DNA of 64,000 nt. It comes from Armatimonadota bacterium. Its GTDB lineage: Bacteria; Armatimonadota; HRBIN16. The stretch spans positions 4,992,001-5,056,000 of the forward strand of contig OY781964.1 in the NCBI GenBank assembly GCA_963677485.1, in the 5' to 3' direction. Position 1 is the stretch's first letter; each line of letters begins with the position of its first letter. This document shows, in pieces, positions 56,781 to 64,000 of the stretch. The notes under the pieces are model-generated. The model saw only the letters and a list, made by a program, of their open reading frames with translations. It made no database searches and was not told where the DNA came from. The position numbers were made by a program, and so were the translations under genes.

Positions 56781-59597
56781 ATGAAAGCAACCATCAGATT
56801 TATGACGATCTTTGCGGCACTAGCACTCACAGCGATGGCACAGATGGCCTCGGCGACGGATTACTATGTCAGCCATTCGGCAGGCAATGACCGTATCGAC
56901 GGTCTGTCAGCGAAGCCCTCAGGAGTGCATGGGCCGTGGAAGACTCTTGCCAAAGCCTCGGAGGTTACATATCATCCTGGCGATCGCCTTTTGTTGAAAT
57001 GCGGCGATGTATGGAACGAAATGCTCACACTCAAGGGCAACGGTACGGCTGCGAACCCCATCACCGTAGCCTCCTACGGCGCCGGTGACAGGCCTTACAT
57101 CAAACGCAACCTAGGTAAGGATCAGGAGTGCATTCTCATCAATTTATCCGACGGCAATGCACGTAACTACACCTTCCGCGATCTGGAAATCGGCAACGCC
57201 CTGAACGGCGTTCATGTGCAGCTCAAGGCAAATGGCCAGACTGATAGTGGGGAGTATCGCTTTGAGAACTGTTTCTTCCACGACCTCAAAAACCCCACAT
57301 TCCCAAAGAATGCGGGAGCATGGGGCTGGGCACTTTTGTGGGATGGATCAGGCGCACCACGGGTCATCAGCATCGTGCATACCATTGGGTTGCGAACCCA
57401 AGGCTTTTTATGTAACTCGATGAAGGGAAAAGTGCTGCTCGACGGCGATACGATCTCCCACGGCAGCTTGAACCAGGTCTGCCAGACATACTCCACAGGC
57501 TTTGACATCACCAACTGTACATTCGTATATAACTACCCCTGGCTATATGACAAATGGGGCACCACCCAGGTGATGGCGGGAATCCTGAAGGGTGCGCCAG
57601 GAATACGCAACCATGTAGAGAACAACGAGTTCGGCTGGCCAGGTGACTACCCTGGATCGCCTGATGGATGCGGTTACGACTTTGAAGTCGGCACCGATGA
57701 CGTCACGTTCAAGAACAACTACGTGCATGACAGCTATGGAGAAGCCGTACTGTTCATGGGAAACACGATCCATAACGGCCTCGTGTTCGATAACAATGTC
57801 TTTCGTGGCAACGTTCGCTTTAGTCCGAGGTGGAGTTGTACCATCTCGCTGCCCATGAATGTGACTGGTAGCGGGACCTTCAACAACAACGTGTTCTACC
57901 TCTGGCCTGGCAAATCGGCGTTTGGCACCAAGGATCCACTCATGAAGCCAACCAGCTTTACCTACAAAAATAACAATGAACACCCCACCAAACCATTCGT
58001 GGCCATGCCGCTGGTGACTAAAATTGGCTACAACAACGGTTCTCGTGTATATACTTTGTCCTCTGCCACGCCTGGTGCGGTCATACGATACACCACGGAC
58101 GCCAGCCTGCCATCACCCTCCAGTCCGATCTACCGTAAGCCGATTGTAATGAAGCGGTCAGGTGTTTTGAATGCCAAGGCGTTCAAAAATGACAGTTATC
58201 CCAGCTATGTCAACTCGCTCGCTGTGGAACTGCGCAACCCGAAATCGAGCGCACCATCCGCGTGGTGGAAGCTGAATGAGAGCCGCGGCAAGACGGTTAA
58301 AGATTCAACGGGTAAGAGTAATGGGGTGCTCACTAACGCCGTATGGGCACCTGGTAAAGCCAGCGATGGATTGGCGTTCAACGGCAAGAACGCTTCGGTG
58401 AAACTGACCAACAGCAACCTATCCATAATATCCAACACCTTCACGATCGCCTTTTGGGCGAAACCCACGAAGAATCGAGCGGCCACACCAACGGCTGGCA
58501 GCGGGATAGGGCTGACAGGTACTGCTTGGTGGAAGATGAACGAGGGATCCGGCGAAAGCCTGGGCGATTCGGCAGGAGGAACGTTGGGAAGCCTCAGCGG
58601 ATGCAGCTGGACGAAGGGGAAATTCGGCAATGCGCTTCTCTTTAACGCCGACAAAGCCTCCGTTTCGCTTACCAACTACGGAACCGGGTTATCTTCGTGC
58701 TCCAATACCTTCAGCATCTCCTTCTGGGTGAATCCAGATGCTCCACGCGCGGTCACCCCAGAGGCGCGCACGGGCATCTCTGGACTGACTGGACAGCGAT
58801 ATGCTCTATACCCGCAGCAATATGGCGGCACAACCAACGAAGCCGGTGTTGGCCTCTCAGTTGGCACCAACGGCATCAGCGTATTCGAGCTAGCCGACAG
58901 TCATATGCCATCGCCGCTGGTATACGACCATACCATTACCGGTTGGAACTGTATCACTCTGGTCTACCGCGACAAGAAACCAAGCCTCTATATTAACGGC
59001 CAGCTCGTGAAGGAGGGGTTGAAGAGCAGCAAGACACTGCATCCGGCTTTTAGCCTTGGCGGCAGTACCGATAACTGGTATCAGGGTAAGCTCGATGACC
59101 TGCGCGTCTACCCCTATGCTCTCGCAGATGCCCAGATTAACGAGCTTGTGAACAAAGGCGAAGCGGCGATGCTCCCATGGAGCGTTGGCACGAATGCCGG
59201 TACAAGTTGACTACCTTATGCTCTTGCTCCTGTGATGAGAGGAGGAGGAAAGAGCGTTCAAGATGCGGGTGTCGGCGTTGCGGTCGGCGTGAACGGCATC
59301 AGCGTTTGCGAATCCTCTGACGCCTACTTGCCCTCCGTGCTGGTCGATACTCTGCCGTTGAAAGGCTGGAACCATGTGGCGGTAGTCTATCAAGATGGAC
59401 AGCCAACCCTCTACCTTAACGGCGTCTTTGAGACCGTCGGTTGCCGCAGCGAGAAAGTGGTGCACCCCGTGTTCAACCTGGGGGGCGGCGGTACTCTGGG
59501 GTGGTATGGCGGTTATCTCGCCGATGTGCGAGTTTACAAAACGGCTCTCACAGATGCCGAGGTGCAGGAAGTCGCTTCAGTCAAGAATAGACACTGA
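56781..59597 (+). CDS. Secreted beta-helix + chitobiase/FN3-associated + two LamG domains; interrupted by in-frame TGA at 59208-59210
   Basis: YYVS..GND, PWKTL, PGDRLLLKCG; IRYTTDASLP; LamG motifs; the 59232 ORF is in the same frame. Confidence 0.75.
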
Positions 59598-59640
59598 AAT
59601 CCAGTAAAGCATTACCTGGGTAGATTAACTATAAAACATC

Positions 59641-59677
59641 GTCTGTTCCGAAGAAGAATCTAAGCTTCGGAACAGAC
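59641..59677. terminator. Hairpin
   Basis: GTCTGTTCCGAAG...CTTCGGAACAGAC. Confidence 0.6.
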
Positions 59678-59815
59678 AATTGATTTTAGTGACGGGAAGT
59701 CCGGCCAGGACCAAGCCGGCTAAATACTTCGGTATCATAGACTTCATTAATCCGATGTTAATAGAGGCATCCTGTAGAATATACTTGAAACTGGAATACA
59801 AAGAGGTTCAATGCT

Positions 59816-61978
59816 ATGTCAAAATGCCGATCTATTCTCACCGCGTTGGTGCTTGCCTTATCTACATCCGCCGTAATGGCCGCGCCGTTCTTGGAGCCTG
59901 TGCCCACATCGCAAAAGGAGATCGCTCTCCACTGGTCCGAGATAGATGCCAAGGCATTGTCAGTGAAGCTCTTCCGCAACGACGCCTTCATCGGGGAGTT
60001 CCCAGCCACCAGCCGCACTTACCGCGACCAGTCGGTGGATCCAGGCACTCGATACACATACCGTCTGACAGCCGCTCTACCGGACGGTAAAGAGCAAAGC
60101 GTCAGTGAGACAGTGACCAGCCTTCGCGATGTGCTTCCCACCCGGAACTACCAGTTGGTGGTTATAGGGGGAACAGCCTCGGGAGTTGGTGCCGCGGTAT
60201 CGGCAGCTCGGCAAGGGGTTCATGTGGCACTGATTGAACCATCGGATCGCCTTGGCGGCATGATCACTAACGGTGTCTCCGCCACTGACATGCGGAAGCC
60301 AGCCCGCAGCAACGGCTTGTTTGATGAGATCCGCCAGCGCGTCCAGAGCTATTACGGAACTGGCAACGGCTTAAGCTACGAACCCAAGCTCACATGGAAG
60401 ATCGTCCGCAGTCTAGTAGACGAACAGCCGCTGATCGATGTGTTCTCCCGCATGAGCTACCACAGTGCTAAGCACCAGGGTCGTACGGTCACCTCCATCA
60501 CATGCAAGGACCTCAGCACGGGTAAACTCACCCGGTTCACCGCAGATCAGTTCGTAGATGCCACCATTGAAGGCGATATGCTGGATGATCTTGGGGTATC
60601 CAACCGAGTGGGACGAGAGGCACGAAGCCAAGAAGAGCCCCATGCAGGTTTCATTCACTACGACCGGTTCAAGGATGAGATCACTCCACCCAGCACAGGA
60701 AAAGCCGACAAGACGATCCAAGCTTACAGCTTCCTGCTGCCTTTGAAGGACTACGGTGCCGGTGCTGATAAAAGCATCCCAGAACCTCCGTTCTATGATA
60801 AAGCAAACTACCAGCACACGACCGCATGGAAAGAGACCTGGGCCTATATGTACGGACGGTTCCCTGGCGGTAAGTTTGAGATGAATCAACACCCTCAAGG
60901 CAACGACCTTCAGGAGATCAACTTCAGATACCCCTGGATGTCAGAGAAACAACGGGCGGGCATGACCGACCGCTTCCGATGGCATGCGCTGGGATATCTT
61001 TACTACCTGCAGACCGAACAGGGACTCAAGCAACTCGGCCTGGCCGATGATGAGTATCCTGAGAATGGCCACATCCCAAACAGCCTGTATGTCCGTGAGG
61101 CCAGGCGTATCGTGGGCGACTTCATGTTAAACGAGACTGACGTTGCGGACGCCAGAAAGCGGCTGCGCCCCGACACAATAGGTATCGGCGACTACCCCAT
61201 GGACTCCCATGCTATTCACAAGAAGACCGACTGGAGCACGACCGATCTTGGCGAGGGCGAATATTGGCTGTACCGCCAAACCCCTTGGTACCAAATTCCA
61301 TTTGGTGTGATGCTGCCCCGAGAGCTGGATAACCTGATGGTCACATCCGCCGTATCCGCCACCCATGTGGGATATGGAACCTTGCGCATGGAACCCGTCA
61401 GGATGGCCATGGGACAGGCGGCAGGCATCTCCACTGCAATGGCGATTAACGGCGGCAGGAAACCGGCTGAGGTCTCGTTAGAGCAGCTTCAGCGTAAGCT
61501 GGTCGAAGCCGGTGTGTATATGGGTTGGTTCAGCGATGTGACCGCAGAAACTCCGCGTTTCTGGGCGATTCAGGAGCTGGCCGCTAAAACCGTGTTGACG
61601 GATGAGGAGTTAAAGCCACAGCAGCCGTTAGTATATGAAGAGATGATCCGATGCTTATACAAAGCGATGGGTTTCGGGTATGAAAAACAAGCCAGAGGTT
61701 ATCTACAACCTAAGGATGACATCTTGCCTGAACAAGAGTCTCAGCTCATGTCGCTCTTCACAGGCCCCATCTTGAAGTCCGATACTTACAGCTCTGCGCA
61801 GCTTGTCCCCATCATGAGGCGGGCCGCTAAAGCGAAAGGTCTGAGCGCGAAGGCGACCGACTGGGCACTGATGCCGATAGCCACATCGGAGGGAGTCATC
61901 ACGAAAGAGCAGTTCTACGCCAGCCTCGCGCTGATTTTACGAGGAACAAACAGCGGGGCTATCTACCCTCAGAAGTGA
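59816..61978 (+). CDS. Secreted FAD-dependent oxidoreductase with N-terminal Fn3-like domain
   Basis: VIGGTASG, VDATIEGD, YVREARRI, YQIPF, GTLRMEP. Confidence 0.85.
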   Translation: MSKCRSILTALVLALSTSAVMAAPFLEPVPTSQKEIALHWSEIDAKALSVKLFRNDAFIGEFPATSRTYRDQSVDPGTRYTYRLTAALPDGKEQSVSETVTSLRDVLPTRNYQLVVIGGTASGVGAAVSAARQGVHVALIEPSDRLGGMITNGVSATDMRKPARSNGLFDEIRQRVQSYYGTGNGLSYEPKLTWKIVRSLVDEQPLIDVFSRMSYHSAKHQGRTVTSITCKDLSTGKLTRFTADQFVDATIEGDMLDDLGVSNRVGREARSQEEPHAGFIHYDRFKDEITPPSTGKADKTIQAYSFLLPLKDYGAGADKSIPEPPFYDKANYQHTTAWKETWAYMYGRFPGGKFEMNQHPQGNDLQEINFRYPWMSEKQRAGMTDRFRWHALGYLYYLQTEQGLKQLGLADDEYPENGHIPNSLYVREARRIVGDFMLNETDVADARKRLRPDTIGIGDYPMDSHAIHKKTDWSTTDLGEGEYWLYRQTPWYQIPFGVMLPRELDNLMVTSAVSATHVGYGTLRMEPVRMAMGQAAGISTAMAINGGRKPAEVSLEQLQRKLVEAGVYMGWFSDVTAETPRFWAIQELAAKTVLTDEELKPQQPLVYEEMIRCLYKAMGFGYEKQARGYLQPKDDILPEQESQLMSLFTGPILKSDTYSSAQLVPIMRRAAKAKGLSAKATDWALMPIATSEGVITKEQFYASLALILRGTNSGAIYPQK

Positions 61979-63806
61979 TGCGGTAGACTGCGTTCTTGCC
62001 GAACCGGGCCTGCTCTTGCAGCAGGCCCTCTTTTTTGGCCTGCTCCAGCAACTGCCGCCATCGCTCCGTATGGCTTTCATTCACCACCAGGCGCTCATTC
62101 TGCCACACCCACTGGTAACCGTGCTGTAGGAGCCACTGACAGAGCTCAGAGGGCTGTTTCATATCATCGTAGGGTATCAAAGTGTGGTGCCCAGGATTCG
62201 CCCAGATCAGTTTGCGGTTCAGATAGAATACACGGGTCTCATCATACACCGCCACACCGTCATGTTCTGGGGTGTTACTATCTATCCACTCGCACGCTTT
62301 GAAAGTACCTCCCCCATATTGCTGAAGGTAGCTGTCGATAGAGCTTTGGTTTGTCAGCACGAGGATTGACGCGGCCAGTTTGGGCATGATGCCCCCAATG
62401 AACACCAACATCTGAGATAGAACTATAACCGGCATCAGCCAGCGTATCAGCCCTCGCTCGGTATCATGCACCTTGACGGCAGCCAGTATCACCGCAGGGA
62501 ACAAGAACACAAGATACCGTATCTGCTGCATCTGGAAAAACCAGGCCACCCAGTTGAGGCCAATGAACAGCCAAACCGCTCTGCCCGCGGTATTCCAATG
62601 CTTCCAAAACACCAGCGTGAATAGAACCAGCAGACCAAACAACCCCGAACTGCCCACCAAAGGCATGGGATCGATAAAACGGTCATAGTCGGTCACTAGC
62701 CTGATCGGCGAAAGCACAAAGTCGAGGGCAGACCGTCCAAAGCCGAACGCCTCCTGTGCCTGCCTGTATAGGAGGGCGTTCTGAGCACTCCAGTCATGCC
62801 CGCCAAAAATGCCGTAGAAATACGGGTAGAACGGGTTGCCTGTGTAGATCAGCGTTTTGAGGTACCATCCCCCACCAATCAGCACTGAGAGCCCAACGGC
62901 TCCACCAAGCCATCGCCATCGATCTTTCCACGTAAGGCAAGTACAGCCCAGCATCAACGAGATAGCGGTGATGGGCAGAATGCTCACAGCGGTCATCTTG
63001 ATTCCCAGTGCAATGCCTGCCACGACTCCACTCAACACGGTCCAGATGAGGCGCTCGCGTGCGTCGCTCTGTAGAGCTAGATATCCTGTGATCGCAAACC
63101 AGCAGATCGCCAGGCAAAAAGCGATGTCCAGATAGGCCACACCAGCTTCCCATGCAAACAGCGGGATGGAACCTAACAGCAGTCCACTCATCATCTGTGC
63201 CACGGGGCTTAGCTTCATACGTCGCGCCACTACCCAGATCGTGTATACGCAGAGCAGCCCACAAAACCAGTGAAACAGCTTGGCTCCGATCGCACCGGCA
63301 CCGACTCCCAACGACCACAGGTACCACATCTCTACTGTGAATGGGAAGTTGCTGTGATGGTCATACGGCACGTAGTGGATGATTCCGGAACGTAGAAACT
63401 CAAGCGGTATGGCCAGATGGTAACTGAGACCATCCCAGTCATCGCCAATCGGCATCATCAACACGATGGGCAAGATAAGGAGAAGAGGCAGTAGACCCGC
63501 CAGTAATGGCCAATAGCCGCGCCAGCCGACCGAATCCGATTTGACGCCATCAGACCGGCGCAGCCACAGCACGTTCGGCACCGAGAATACGCCCACTACC
63601 AGCCACAAAGCCGCTGCGGACAACTGACCGCACAACCCCATCACTAGTACCACCAGGCTGAAAATCCCTGCGGTACACAGCCAGGCTATAGGGAGCAGTT
63701 CATAGAGGCGGGTCGTTTTGAAGTGATAAGATCGCAGGATGGCCATCCCGCTGAGTGCGAAAACCAGTATTGGTATCAGCGCAAGCAGTGGATGCCCTAT
63801 ACTCAC
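61959..63806 (-). CDS. Polytopic membrane protein, GT-C/GT39-like glycosyltransferase
   Basis: WDGLSYHLAIP loop, many TM helices, TGNPFYP. Confidence 0.7.
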   Translation of the reverse strand: MSIGHPLLALIPILVFALSGMAILRSYHFKTTRLYELLPIAWLCTAGIFSLVVLVMGLCGQLSAAALWLVVGVFSVPNVLWLRRSDGVKSDSVGWRGYWPLLAGLLPLLLILPIVLMMPIGDDWDGLSYHLAIPLEFLRSGIIHYVPYDHHSNFPFTVEMWYLWSLGVGAGAIGAKLFHWFCGLLCVYTIWVVARRMKLSPVAQMMSGLLLGSIPLFAWEAGVAYLDIAFCLAICWFAITGYLALQSDARERLIWTVLSGVVAGIALGIKMTAVSILPITAISLMLGCTCLTWKDRWRWLGGAVGLSVLIGGGWYLKTLIYTGNPFYPYFYGIFGGHDWSAQNALLYRQAQEAFGFGRSALDFVLSPIRLVTDYDRFIDPMPLVGSSGLFGLLVLFTLVFWKHWNTAGRAVWLFIGLNWVAWFFQMQQIRYLVFLFPAVILAAVKVHDTERGLIRWLMPVIVLSQMLVFIGGIMPKLAASILVLTNQSSIDSYLQQYGGGTFKACEWIDSNTPEHDGVAVYDETRVFYLNRKLIWANPGHHTLIPYDDMKQPSELCQWLLQHGYQWVWQNERLVVNESHTERWRQLLEQAKKEGLLQEQARFGKNAVYRITSEGR

Positions 63807-64000
63807 AGCTCGGTATCCTTCACCCGTCGGCAGCTCCAGCTCACGATTTCGAGACGGTCGGTATCATAATCTAGAATGCCCAGGTGCTGTCCATACTTGC
63901 CGGTGTGTAGTATATAACTGCTGCCGACCTCTATGGGCTCCGAGCTCATCGTGTGGTCGTGACCACCTAAAACTAAATCGACACCCAGTTGCGCCACAGC
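63803..64000 (-). CDS. Metallophosphoesterase / 5'-nucleotidase C-terminal part (runs off the window)
   Basis: GVDLVLGGHDH, HTGKYGQHLG. Confidence 0.75.
   Translation of the reverse strand, partial: AVAQLGVDLVLGGHDHTMSSEPIEVGSSYILHTGKYGQHLGILDYDTDRLEIVSWSCRRVKDTEL

Noticed and set aside
28965-59210. Alternative genetic code or selenocysteine explaining the two in-frame stops
   Set aside because: One is TAA and one TGA; both codons terminate ordinary genes in this window, and the aligned residues are Glu and Gly, not Cys
205-63340. Many short antisense or nested ORFs in the supplied track
   Set aside because: They overlap well-supported genes and show no recognisable motifs

Overview
The window has two parts. 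Bases 1-23525 are a genomic island abutting the 3' end of a minus-strand tmRNA gene (ssrA, 23526-23877, tag ANNNYALAA); its left end lies outside the window. The island carries a translationally coupled five-gene operon: amidoligase, class II glutamine amidotransferase, two small proteins that look like divergent Ku cores, and an ATP-dependent DNA ligase fused to a Cdc48-like AAA+ ATPase. It also has a sigma-like gene, a DUF2924 / large serine recombinase / small ORF module, two internally deleted copies of that module, a RelBE pair plus an orphan RelB, an AlbA_2 (Schlafen-like) + ParA pair, an IS remnant, a decayed copy of the tmRNA 3' end, and four copies of a 36-38 bp site that sits at rearrangement junctions. 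Bases 23991-64000 are chromosomal: tandem pairs of putative glycoside hydrolases, tRNA-Ser(CGA), murB, split NAD synthetase, a REP-like cluster, recR-ybaB-dnaX, SRP RNA, an ABC system, two TrkA proteins, tsaD, rimI, a PqaA-like protein, a beta-helix protein with nested LamG domains, an FAD oxidoreductase and a GT-C-type membrane protein. The best candidate for an undescribed system is the island operon, a possible heterodimeric-Ku end-joining module with its own peptide ligase and AAA+ extractor. All family calls come from reading motifs by eye; no searches were run.
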